NCBI RefSeq assembly: GCF_001194135.2
Contig: NC_068989.1
Span: forward strand, 25,576,978-25,612,926
Direction: 5' to 3'
Length of the DNA: 35,949 nt
From: Octopus bimaculoides
Lineage: Eukaryota
Made by a program: the position numbers and the translations under genes. Below, piece by piece: positions 22,639 to 34,597 of the stretch. Position 1 is the stretch's first letter, and every line of letters begins with the position of its first letter. The notes under the pieces are model-generated. The model was not told the origin of the DNA, searched no databases, and saw only the letters and a program-made list of their open reading frames with translations.

Positions 22639-23741
22639 TCATACTATAATGGGCGTTATGTACGTCTGTCAGTCTGTACTTTCTTCACAGTGAAACTAGT
22701 GGACCAATGGTCACGATGTTTTTCGGGATTACCAAGGAGGTAATCAGGCAGGTCTTTAGCGAAAAAATAAAACTTGAAAAAGTATGATTCTTTAGTGGCT
22801 ATTGAGGGTAATTGTTCAGTTTACGGGCTTACAAAAAATTAGATAAAGATTACAAGCGTAAAAAACGTAAATAAGTTTTAAAGGGAGATAGCTCTTAATA
22901 AAAGAAGCAAAGGAAGGTAAATCAACTTTCTTTTCCACCAAATTACACCACATAAGAAAATTTTAGTTTAGGATATGCCTTATTAACGAATGACTGTGAT
23001 GGCTTTGGCTTATCTTTAATAGGTGTATGACTACTACGAACTTTGTCAATAACGATTGTATGCATAAAGCTGTTTAATGCGTTCTTAAATTTTCCTTCAT
23101 TCCACGCCATTATGACCTGGAAACGGAAATCAGCGATTGGTAGGATTATCAGGAAAGCAGACGATATAAAACATAAGAGAGAATCTAACAGTGAATCCAG
23201 ACAAACCCAACAGAATTAGGATACGAAACTCATAGAAGTCACCGTGATACAGAAGTGAGAGCATCGGAACGGAGCAGGGATACGCTAGCTCGCCAAATAT
23301 CACAGTGTAAACCTCATGTGAGAGCTTCGAAACAGAGCTGGGCACTTTAGCTTGCCTAGTAACACGCACAAATCCTTAAGTGAGCGCTTCTTAACCGATA
23401 AGGAACACTCTAGCTAGCCAAAAATCAGGAGAAGTGCAGTTTCCTATAAAACTGGTATTCTCATTCACAGCAAACAAGACACAGGTCCAGACTTTAGATC
23501 GTGTAGGTGTATTTTTACCCACTCCGATGTTTTAACACGGCCAGTTATAGTCGCTAAGAGCAGAGCAACGGACTACAGTAGTTTGAAAATTAGTGTCGAC
23601 TACACACAAAACATCGTCTACAAAGGCGTTTTGTAATTATTATTGATATCAAAATCCATTTACAGATTTTTCAACACATACTGCTGTTATGAAATCCCTC
23701 CCTCATTTTATGCCTCCATCATAGATGGGCTGAGTTGCTAG
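22639..23741 (+). mobile_element. Internally deleted non-autonomous Helitron (~1.1 kb)
   Basis: Termini A|TC (22638|22639) and CTAG|T (23738-23741|23742). Subterminal hairpin gcctccatc-ata-gatgggc (23712-23730). Pif1 helicase C-terminus QFPIKLVFSFTANKTQVQTLDRVGVFLPTPMF*HGQL(Y)VAKSRAT...TQNIVYKGVL* (23437-23636), compared with FPVRLAFAMTINKSQGQTL...HGQLYVALSR...NIVYKEVL. Confidence 0.9.
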
Positions 23742-23754
23742 TATATTTAAATAA

Positions 23755-23756
<2 letters not shown>

Positions 23757-23786
<30 letters not shown>
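23757..23786. repeat. (TG)n microsatellite
   Basis: Read directly from the sequence. Confidence 0.9.
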
Positions 23787-23789
<3 letters not shown>

Positions 23790-23864
23790 TCTATGTAATG
23801 TTGTATCTCTTTTAGTGCCTCATAATTTAACACGCCGGTAAAACTTCCACTTATTTCTTTTTTT

Positions 23865-25005
23865 ATTATTTTGCTACAATTTTCGTTGCGTCTTGCATCC
23901 GTTTCAATAGTTTTGACTCTATCCGTTATTCACACTACATTCTTTTTGTTTGTGCGCATGTGTGTGGGTTTAGTGTGTGCGTGCATGCACATTCATGTAT
24001 GTATGTAAGCATGTATATATGTATGTGTGTGTATGCATGTATGTGCGTGTGCATATGTATATATATGTGTGTGTGCATTTGTATGTTTGTATTCTGCATA
24101 TTCATGTGTTTGCATGTTGTGTGAGTGTTTNNNNNNNNNNNNNNNNNNNNNNNNNNNNNNNNNNNNNNNNNNNNNNNNNNNNNNNNNNNNNNNNNNNNNN
24201 NNNNNNNNNNNNNNNNNNNNNNNNNNNNNNNNNNNNNNNNNNNNNNNNNNNNNNNNNNNNNNNNNNNNNNNNNNNNNNNNNNNNNNNNNNNNNNNNNNNN
24301 NNNNNNNNNNNNNNNNNNNNNNNNNNNNNNNNNNNNNNNNNNNNNNNNNNNNNNNNNNNNNNNNNNNNNNNNNNNNNNNNNNNNNNNNNNNNNNNNNNNN
24401 NNNNNNNNNNNNNNNNNNNNNNNNNNNNNNNNNNNNNNNNNNNNNNNNNNNNNNNNNNNNNNNNNNNNNNNNNNNNNNNNNNNNNNNNNNNNNNNNNNNN
24501 NNNNNNNNNNNNNNNNNNNNNNNNNNNNNNNNNNNNNNNNNNNNNNNNNNNNNNNNNNNNNNNNNNNNNNNNNNNNNNNNNNNNNNNNNNNNNNNNNNNN
24601 NNNNNNNNNNNNNNNNNNNNNNNNNNNNNNNNNNNNNNNNNNNNNNNNNNNNNNNNNNNNNNNNNNNNNNNNNNNNNNNNNNNNNNNNNNNNNNNNNNNN
24701 NNNNNNNNNNNNNNNNNNNNNNNNNNNNNNNNNNNNNNNATTATTTTGCTACAATTTTCGTTGCGTCTTGCATCCGTTTCAATAGTTTTGACTCTATCCG
24801 TTATTCACACTACATTCTTTTTGTTTGTGCGCATGTGTGTGGGTTTAGTGTGTGCGTGCATGCACATTCATGTATGTATGTAAGCATGTATATATGTATG
24901 TGTGTGTATGCATGTATGTGCGTGTGCATATGTATATATATGTGTGTGTGCATTTGTATGTTTGTATTCTGCATATTCATGTGTTTGCATGTTGTGTGAG
25001 TGTTT
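23865..25005. repeat. Identical 266-bp sequence on both sides of an N gap (probable assembly overlap)
   Basis: 23865-24130 is the same as 24740-25005, and each copy abuts the gap 24131-24739. Confidence 0.85.
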
Positions 25006-25336
25006 TGCAACTATGTACCGTGTTTCTATGTATGAATGTGTATCTCCATATGTGTCCTTTTGTGAAGTAAAGTGTGAGTGTATATATGGTCATGTGTTTC
25101 CGTCTTCATTTGTGTATGTATGCGTATGTGTGTTTGTCTGTTCATATCACCTATGTACCTATCCGTCTGTATGTTGATCTGTTTACTTTCATATCCATAT
25201 GCTTACATACATGTGCATATACATATATATACATGCACCCCCCCACACACACACATGCACACATCTATCTACATAACAGCCCGCTAACTATTCTACACTA
25301 CCTGTGTAAACTGTGGGTATGGGGATATGATATCTA

Positions 25337-25546
25337 CTATGTATATTTCCATGTATATTTCCTATTTATTATTGGGGAAGTTTCATTTATGAGGACGTAC
25401 TCCTGTATTTTTCAGAGTGTTGGGTCCTTTGGGTGCTTGGGTAAGAAGCGGTTGTCAAGGTGATCCACATTGCCTCCATGCTGGTCCTCGGTATGTTGGT
25501 AGAGTATGGTGGACTGTTTTTTGTCGTCATATTGTCTCAAATATAT
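25337..25546 (-). pseudogene. Penelope-like element GIY-YIG endonuclease C-terminal remnant
   Basis: YLRQYDDKKQSTILYQHTEDQHGG...LPKHPKDPTL*KIQEYVLINETSPIINRKYTW fits the H-x3-H...R-x-x-x-E-x-x-x-I-x4-P-x-x-N pattern (TGA probably from CGA). An AC-rich tract continues toward 23.8 kb. The 5' side runs into a gap. Confidence 0.6.
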
Positions 25547-25781
25547 NNNNNNNNNNNNNNNNNNNNNNNNNNNNNNNNNNNNNNNNNNNNNNNNNNNNNN
25601 NNNNNNNNNNNNNNNNNNNNNNNNNNNNNNNCATGTTTTATAAATTAGGATTTTCAAATTGTTTTGAAAATCTTACACGATTAGGTGAAAAGCGCTTTAT
25701 TTAATTTATAAAACATGTGACATTAATAAAAAATCTGTAAATGTACAAACATCCAGATTTCTGAGTACCTTAATTTTTTTC

Positions 25782-25822
<41 letters not shown>

Positions 25823-25971
25823 CTATAGTAATACACACACATACAACACACAAACATACTCACACGCACGGACATACGCACTCACGCACTCACCCATGTT
25901 AAGAAAGGAAAGAGAAAAGAGAGTAAGAGCATCTGACAGTACACAGCATCTAATAAAGCAGCAGCGCTGAG

Positions 25972-25990
25972 ATGAATCTTTGGCTTCGAG
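25972..25990 (+). CDS. Candidate translation-start exon end (MNLWLR plus phase-1 G)
   Basis: gctgagATG AAT CTT TGG CTT CGA G|gtgagt: purine at -3 and a strong GAG|GTGAGT donor, after a purine-rich UTR-like stretch. No matching downstream exon found. Confidence 0.25.
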
Positions 25991-28841
25991 GTGAGTGTCA
26001 GTATTTCGTCTTCTAGCCGAGTGCGTGCTTCGATGCAAGCAGTGATGGTATTAATCAGTGTGCATTGCATTGTGATAACTGTATAGTAGGAACATACATA
26101 TTTTTTCATGCACGAATTAGAATAATCTCGTGTTAAATTGAAATGAACTCGAAATTTATTTAGAAAGTAACTCTAGTGAGTCACATATATGAACATAAAA
26201 TCAACATAAAATCAATATAGTCTGAAAATATATTGAATTAACATCGAACCAAATGGTAAAAATCCCCGTCTAAATTCAATAGTTGATTTTGATAATACGT
26301 GGTAGATGATTATGTTATGAATTCTTTGAACCTGAACTGATATCCTGCAAATCTATTTCTTCATTTAAATTAGACTAACGAGGCCTTTCTTTTTATTTAT
26401 ACATGAAAGTTAACCCGCTTCAAGCTAACGCATGAGTATACAACGAGCTGTCCAACAGAAAGAAGCGCGGATAGGCTAAAAGAAAGTTGCAGTTGAAAAT
26501 TTGTAACTGAGAGAGAAAATTGAGAATCTAACGTAGCAGCGCATAGTGTTAAGAAAGAAAAAAATAACATAAACCAAACCCTGACTGCCTTCCCTAAACT
26601 AGTATAAATAGGTAGGATGTAGCATGCTTTCCATACTTTTGTTATTTGTCTATCAATTCATCACCAGATGTTTTAAGCTTTAGTCAACTCTAACCCAAAC
26701 AGTGAATGGTTTCACTAACACTAGGCTTGTATTCAGTTTCAGCTTAGTATCCAGAAAAGACGTGTAATGTCTTGGTCCAAGAATCAAACATGAAATTTGT
26801 GTTTTCAGGCCCAACAACATAAAGTCGTGGCTAATATTTTCCTCGTGTAACTCTAAAACATAGTCAAGAACATCGAACCTCGGTATTTAAACGACTGACA
26901 TTTACCTATGAAGAATATTAAGAACATTCTAATTAAATATGTGTTCATCACAAACTATAAAATACCATATGTCATCGACGTATATGCATTTATAGAAATC
27001 GTTACCTCATTACGCATTTCCAAAGCAGTGTATTTCTATAAATCATGCAATATATTTTCATAATTATTGCATAATTATGCTAGCTAAATTTGTAATATAA
27101 TTAATTGAGATAAAGTAATCAAAAATGGAGTTATTCAATTAGTAAAAGTAAAATGAATTAATTTGTGCAGAAATTACTTAAGATTGTTTCGAATTAACTT
27201 GCTTTACGTTTATATTAATTTGCATGAGTTTATTTTAGTTTCTATTTTAAAAGGCCTAACTCTAAATGGAAATTTTCTTAGTGTACCATCGGCAAAATCT
27301 GTAATGGGTGTCAGTGACAAGAAGAGTTGTGGACATTGAAGTCACTGGAGACCGATGTAGTTGAAGACATTTACATGTGGTTGGCGGGTGAATAAAAGGT
27401 GATGTGTTGTATTTAGTTAAAACATATCCAAATATATGTATTATGAATTGTCCAATTGGTTTAATCTACTTTTGCAATCTAGTGCATACGGTGGTATGAG
27501 GTCCTGATATCACATCTTTATTCGAATGAACGCAACAGAGCAAAATATACTAACAGCATCTTTACACAACACGGCTAAATTCGATAGCCATGTGTCGACT
27601 AAGCTTTTAGAAACAGATAATTATTTAGCCTTTATAACAAAACACTGCAGCAGAATGAAAGAAACTTATTTATTCTTCATAATTCACTCTGATTTCTGAA
27701 ACTGATATAAATTATAATTTCAGTCTAACACATTTCATGATATAATCCAATTCCACGTATACTCCAATCCAATTTCACAATAGATTTATTGTTGCATATG
27801 TTTCGATTGTCATTTCTAGTGAGTAGGGAAAGAGAATGTTAAAACGTTTCCAATTTTATCATGAATGAAAGACAATGATTGTTTAATCTAATATATCAAA
27901 GTTATATTCTATTTTGTAGTTACCTATGCTGACAAATAGAAAACTGCAATGAATAACGTAATTAAGATATATGTATGTCCAATATTGGAAATGCAGTGAA
28001 TATTGTGAATTCTTTTCTAATATCACTCCATATCAGAAAGTGGTAATTGCAAAGTTCAGCTTCTATTAAATTTCTTAAGTGATATAGTTTTAGTGCAAAT
28101 TTGCCAATAGATAACTGAAGTTACTCGTTGAATGAAATATCGAAAGTAATTCTCTGAGCAACATTCGCCACCTAGTTAGGGATAAGGTTTCTGTTTGATG
28201 GATAAAGTGAATAGAGAATTGTGAGACATGGAAATACAACATGAGACAAAATTGTACTTCATTTGTCTGAAAATTTATTCAATGACATGTATCTTCATTT
28301 GCATTAAGAGGGGATTGAATTTAACTCAGTATTTAGTTTGGTACCTATTTTATGAACGTGTGGACCCCTATGAAGTTACTCGCAATGATGAAAATAGCTG
28401 TTACTAGTTCATCGGATCACACTATACAGCTGCATAATTCATAAAGCGTTGGAAAAATGCATTACGCAAATGTAAATGGTTCCATGTGTGTCTTTGAAAT
28501 AGGGTGTTTGATATATGGCAATATACATACATGTACATACATACGTACATACATACACATACATGGCGACTGTAACTGTTATCGGAGCTGCGTTCCATTT
28601 GTCTGTTTGAGATCCTGTTGCGAGCTTGTGTGTGTACGTCAACGTGCGTGTGTGCTTCTGCTTGCACATACGTATGCATGTATGTATGTATGTACGTATG
28701 TATGTTTGTATGGGTTCGTGTACGTATGTATGTATTTATTCTGTATATATGTGTGTTTGTGTGTGTGGGAGCGCTTGTTTGGTGGACGAGCTTTATACTG
28801 TACGCTAATATACTCTTAACGGAATATAACATAACCCTCTC

Positions 28842-28847
28842 TGTCTT

Positions 28848-28909
<62 letters not shown>

Positions 28910-28919
28910 NNNNNNNNNN

Positions 28920-28975
<56 letters not shown>

Positions 28976-29056
28976 CATGCATACATGCATGCATACATAC
29001 ATACATACATACATACATACATACATACATACATACATACACACATACATATACAT
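28842..29056. repeat. (CT)n-(AT)n-(ACAT)n compound microsatellite around a 10-N gap
   Basis: Read directly; (CT)n(AT)n recurs on both sides of the gap. Confidence 0.9.
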
Positions 29057-29189
29057 ACACAGGCACATATTTATCCGGATGAATTTATCTTCTTCCTTTA
29101 AGAGGAATTTTTTTCATACATTTCTAATGTCTTTACCTCATATGTTATTTACGAATTTTTAAATCGTATAGGTAAGAAAGTATGTAAAG

Positions 29190-32100
29190 AAATAATCAAT
29201 ACCAAACTTAATTTATTAAACAAAATTCAATAAATATCATCAAATAAATAAAACGAAGCAGATAGGATGTTAAAATGGAATATGCTTTTATTACGTATTC
29301 TCAGACAGTTGTTCAGCCAAAAGGACCAAGATTTCCATAAAGAGAACATGATAAAGGTCCAATTTGTACCCTGCAGTAGGTGAGATTTCAAGTAACATGA
29401 ACATTTTAAAATATACATAAAGTTTTGTCTTAGTTACCATTATTATTTAGGTATTTGTATATTCATTCTTCCACTCACAATTATTTGAATCGAGACTAAA
29501 ACATTAAAGGACGTGGCTGCTTTTTTTTTACTTCTTCACTATTAAATCCTGTATATATATTTATTTAAATAAAATCTCCCCATCGAAAATATTGGTCATG
29601 CATGTGTATACACGTTCCGGAATACCAAACAAGGAGCTATATGTTATTTGAAATTCATATTTAAAAGTTTGTTAATCGTCATCTGCCATTTCTACTATGT
29701 TTTTAAGTAAATAGGAAGCTAGTATTAATATGTGAGATTGATTAATAGTCTATATAGTTTATGATTTAAGTATTACATGTAAGTCAATAATCAGTAGACA
29801 ATATAGTTAGTATATGTCGCTTTAGTTATCTAAAGACAGCTAGATGAATTTTTAATAAATGAACGTTACGAAATACGTACAAACTTGAGTAATGATGTAT
29901 TGAAAGGGAACAGGTTATGTGATTGTCATAAGATATGATAAATGTGGAATTGAGCTATATTACGTGTTGAAGAAAATATTTTTAGATAGATGATTATTTC
30001 CTCGCTAAATTTAGTTTATGTCTAAAATATTGTTATATTTTACATAAGGGGAAAATCTAAAACAGCAAATGGTATATATTTGAAATCAATGAGAAAACAT
30101 TTGAAAATCCTTAAATCCTAGCTACATTTTTCTTTTAAATGCATACATACATACATANNNNNNNNNNNNNNNNNNNNNNNNNNNNNNNNNNNNNNNNNNN
30201 NNNNNNNNNNNNNNNNNNNNNNNNNNNNNNNNNNNNNNNNNNNNNNNNNNNNNNNNNNNNNNNNNNNNNNNNNNNNNNNNNNNNNNNNNNNNNNNNNNNN
30301 NNNNNNNNNNNNNNNNNNNNNNNNNNNNNNNNNNNNNNNNNNNNNNNNNNNNNNNNNNNNNNNNNNNNNNNNNNNNNNNNNNNNNNNNNNNNNNNNNNNN
30401 NNNNNNNNNNNNNNNNNNNNNNNNNNNNNNNNNNNNNNNNNNNNNNNNNNNNNNNNNNNNNNNNNNNNNNNNNNNNNNNNNNNNNNNNNNNNNNNNNNNN
30501 NNNNNNNNNNNNNNNNNNNNNNNNNNNNNNNNNNNNNNNNNNNNNNNNNNNNNNNNNNNNNNNNNTATATATATATACAATACACACACACACACACACA
30601 CACCCATATACGTACTTATAGAAATATATCAAATCTGATTAATATAGAATCTCTATGTATATACTTACATAGACATCTATATACACGTACATTAAAATCG
30701 AAAAAAACGCATATTTACACACCTCGACATATATTCGCATACAGATACATATATTCCATGCACATCGAAATACCAGTAAATAGATACAGAAGTTAGATAT
30801 ATAATAATAAAGGCATATGCATCTTAAATATTCTATAATGTAATTAAAATAAATTCTATAAAATTTACAAGGGGCTATTAACTTTCCTGCCTATGGATGA
30901 ACCGAGAAAAAATTACTAGTTTGCAAAAATAATAATACAGAAACCTATATTCTAAAGTATACTTATAAACACACATATGTATATATATACACACATTTAC
31001 GCATACATATGCATGCATTAAAAAATATATACATTCTAAGATGAATATGATCATTTACGTATTATCTATAGGTATTTCATATATAAACAAGAATATACAG
31101 TTTTTTTTAATTATCTAATGGGTCCATATAGGTTATTATATGTGCAGTCATTTAATTTGGCAATAATTTAATTTGGTAATTTTGTCTTTTGAGCTATTAT
31201 AGATTTATATGTTAGAATTCTTCAATTGTATAGTTCAATTTAGTAATTAATATATAATGCGATTTTATATCTATAGTTTAAAAAATATGGTTATATCATT
31301 TTAAAATATATGGTTATATTATTTTAAAATACATGTTTTTAAAAATGATGATGATGTGTGACATCAAATCTCATGTATAAGTCACTTCAGTTTAATAAAA
31401 AGTACCTACTTATATGCCTACAAGAAAAACTATTTCATTTCTCATGTTAACCGGGTTCCCTTTTCTTTGCATTATTTTATAATTTTCCTCTAAGCATAAT
31501 AAAGAGAATTTATTGTTAATTTTGTAACTAGGTGCATGTGCTTAAATATTCCATTTGATTGTGTAGGTCTTCAAATGCCAAATTTTCTTGGAACCTTAAA
31601 AGTCGATTCATGATTCACTATTCGTAATTTAACCCAATTCTTCTTAGATCCAATATAACAAATCTTGTCCATATCTTGTGTGATTATTGTTGCCTGGTAT
31701 ACTACAACTTTTCTTCTGCAATCTCTGTCCAACTAGCATCTACCTGGGTCTCTGAAATTACAGTTTATATTTTGTCTACATAAAGAAATATTATTATGCT
31801 TCGTAGATTTATATAAATGAATGTCTGTAAAGGTATTTTTATTGTTAAAATTCTTATTCATACTATTTTGTTCTAGTTGTCTGTTGTGTGCTTTACTATA
31901 TATTTGTGTTTTTTTTTTTTCATAGATTAAATCGAGTTTTCTATTATTAAACGAAGTGATTATCCTAAAAATGTTGGGACAAACAGAAAATCTGAATCTT
32001 ATATGTTTGCCATTAAATATTTTTACATATCTAGTATTTTTAAAGTTTTTACTTATAATCATTCTAATGGAATTAATAACATTTGTCTTTAATTATTTAG

Positions 32101-32464
32101 CGAGATAAATTTTTTAAAATGAACCTTACGAAATACGTACAAACTCGAGTAAAGACGTATTAAAACGGAACCATTAACGTGATTGTCATAGAATANNNNN
32201 NNNNNNNNNNNNNNNNNNNNNNNNNATAGAATATAATAATGTAGAAATGAGTTATATTATGAGTCGAATTTTTTTTTTTTATAAATGATATATTTAGTTT
32301 ATGGCGAAAATATTATGTTTTTTATAAGAAGCAAATCCTCTTGTCGGAAACAAATGCCTGGGAACATGAAATAAAAGCATAATCCATTTTAACATCCAAC
32401 TGCTTCATTTCATTCATTTGATGAAATTTGTTGAATTTTGTTTAATAAATTAAGCCTGTTATTG

Positions 32465-32470
<6 letters not shown>
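29190..32470. repeat. Local repeat family: inverted pair 29190-29330 / 32335-32470 and direct pair ~29835-30050 / ~32090-32335
   Basis: Inverted: ttaatttattaaacaaaattcaa..aat.tcatcaaat.aat.aaa.gaagcag...ggatgttaaaatgga.tatgcttttatt. Direct: aatgaac.ttacgaaatacgtacaaact.gagtaa...gtgattgtcata. Roughly 75-80% identity by eye. Confidence 0.8.
31387..32045 (-). pseudogene. Penelope-like element linker plus GIY-YIG endonuclease remnant
   Basis: VKIFNGKHIRFRFSVCPNIFRIITSFNNRKL (compare KIFNRNTIKISYSCMPNI); CNFRDPGRC*LDRDCRRKVVVYQATIITQDMDKICYIGS (compare CNCR..CPLDG.C...VVYQAT...YIG); LLCLEENYKI...VNMRNEI; CRHISRYFLLN* ending at 31387. Confidence 0.8.
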
Positions 32471-32514
<44 letters not shown>

Positions 32515-32550
32515 CACGCACATACATACATACACACATACACACACATA
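32467..32550. repeat. (AT)n-(AC)n microsatellite
   Basis: Read directly from the sequence. Confidence 0.9.
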
Positions 32551-33121
32551 GTGATGATAACAATAATCCCTGGATGGTATCTATAGTCATTTTAATGCAT
32601 CGCTACACGTTTCTACGACTTGCATGTGTCTTAAAATCACAGTCCGTATTCCAGGGCTGATTACAATGTAGTCTGTAGTATCAATGCGCAGATTCATTTC
32701 CTCAGGCGATATAACATTAATGGGTGCTTAGCTGAGGGTTGTTTATCCTTTTCAACCAGTGGGATGTTTGATTGAGTTATGTGGGTATTGTATTTTATGA
32801 GGTTAGAGGTGTGTATGGTGATGTTGGTCTTATTTTGCAATTCAGTCTGCAGCTGTCAAGGATGGATAATACATAGCTTTGTTCGATCATGACTATCTTC
32901 ATTGGTGTCTGAAGCAAACAGTTCAGTAGGTAGAGTCACTACAGCCATCACCTGCTAGAGTTCATTGCCCCTACATTACATCGGTACGACTCATTTCAGC
33001 CCTCAAAAATTGGTTTACCACTCAGCATCATTAAGCTGTGGGAGGCATACTGGAATAGGTGCTTTATTTGCATACTGAAAACGTTTCCCGGAAGCAAATT
33101 TAAAAGATATGTGTATATATA

Positions 33122-33285
33122 GGTGCAGAAGTGGCTGTGTGGGAAGAAGTTTGCTTCTCAACCACATGGTTCCGGCTTCAATCCCCCTGCCTGGCACCTT
33201 CGGCAAGTGTCTTTTACTCTAGCCTCGGGTCGACCAAAACCTTGGAAGTGGGTTTGGTAGATGTAAACTGAAAGAGGCCCGTCCT

Positions 33286-33321
<36 letters not shown>

Positions 33322-33516
33322 GTATCTATTTCTGTCTGTGCTTGACAACCGATGTTGGTCTAACTACGTCCTAAGAACTTACTGTTCGGCAAACGAAACA
33401 GATAGAAGTACCAGGCTTACAACGAGTAAGTCCTAGATTCGATTTGTTCGACTAAAGGCGGCACTCCAGCATGGCTGCCGTCAAATGACTGTCATAAGTA
33501 ATAGAATAAGAGAATA
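33122..33516 (+). mobile_element. tRNA-derived SINE family B with an internal (CA)/(TA) microsatellite
   Basis: A-box-like tggctgtgtgg, B-box-like ggttccggcttcaatccc, then ggcaagtgtctt...gactaaaggcggcactccagcatggctgccgtcaaatgactg and a short purine-rich tail. Resembles a common octopus SINE recalled from memory. Confidence 0.8.
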
Positions 33517-33520
33517 TGTG

Positions 33521-33554
33521 TGTGCGCGCGCGTGCGTGCGTACCTGTGTATATA

Positions 33555-33634
<80 letters not shown>
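33521..33634. repeat. (TG)/(CG)/(TA)n/(CA)n microsatellite
   Basis: Read directly from the sequence. Confidence 0.9.
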
Positions 33635-33636
<2 letters not shown>

Positions 33637-34532
33637 GCTAGTGAAGTAATACTAAATTTGGTCTGGTCACGTATAACGTTTTGAGAACGGCTATAGTTCA
33701 TTATGCACAGCATATTATGGAAATTAGAAAGAAATATTTTAAGGAGCTTGTAGAATAGGAACGCATTACAAAATGCTTCACTCTTGGACACTTTCTATGC
33801 TGAAGCTAGCGAATGTATTATTAAAAAGAAATAAGATGGCATTTGATAATCGAATCTACATTGATTACTCATTGCTAATGTACAGAAATACTTCCGCAGC
33901 CGGTTCAAAGTTTATATTATATTTTTCAACAATTCCTGCCAACATATATAACATTATATAAAGCGTCATGTACACCTCTGCATTGCCAAATGCATATATT
34001 GATTAACCCTAACGTTCATAATATAGATGAAGCCGTTGTATGAATCCACAAGCATCCAAATCAATGGATAGAAGTATATTATCGGAGATGAATAATATAG
34101 TATAATAGATTTAATTACAGGACAAATGTAGGAGAAAAAAATTAATATACTCGAATGAAAGAAATTTAATTTCTACACCATAATTTCTTCCATATTATTT
34201 GATGGCAGGTATTGTGTGTGGGTTTCCTGAATGGAAAATATTGAGTGTTTATGAAATTTATGGTTTATAGAAAATAAGATTATATAATTTCACTTATGCA
34301 AGGAATTTACAATGTTATATGCTAATAAATAAGAGTTATGTTCATTTCTCTTTTACTTGGTTCGCTTCGAAAATTTATTTACCACAAATTTATTCAGACA
34401 GATTTCATGTAACTAGAACAATAAGTAATATAGAGAAACTTGTTTGGGGATACATTGGTAAACGGAAAGCATGCATTACTTATCTGAAATATTTATACAT
34501 ATTTTTGAAAAATATTTATACATATTTTTGAA

Positions 34533-34597
34533 AAATAGACTTTAGAGCGCCTAACTACATACAATATTGTATGTGGTTAGACGTCTAAAGTCTATTT
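34533..34597. repeat. Near-perfect 65-bp palindrome, preceded by a 23-bp tandem duplication (34489-34534)
   Basis: aaatagactttagagcgcctaactacatacaa pairs with ttgtatgtggttagacgtctaaagtctattt, with 2 substitutions and a 1-nt bulge; the centre is caatattg. Confidence 0.9.

Noticed and set aside
23865-25005. Real tandem duplication or pseudo-LTR pair
   Set aside because: The two copies are identical and each ends exactly at the gap, typical of unmerged overlapping contig ends. Long reads would settle it.
29305-29379. 75-nt frame-preserving candidate exon (QLFSQKDQDFHKENMIKVQFVPCS)
   Set aside because: The acceptor lies within a repeat that recurs inverted at 32335-32470, the donor is moderate, and there is no homology.
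29838-29885. Hammerhead-like ctagatga...cgaaatacgta in the direct repeat
   Set aside because: The core is broken, there is no stem II pairing, and the second copy does not keep the motif.
32560-33110. Possible old LINE RT fragment
   Set aside because: Only vague similarity; no diagnostic RT motif in any frame I read.
16000-33516. tRNA genes
   Set aside because: The A- and B-box-like motifs belong to SINE heads, and no complete cloverleaf was found.
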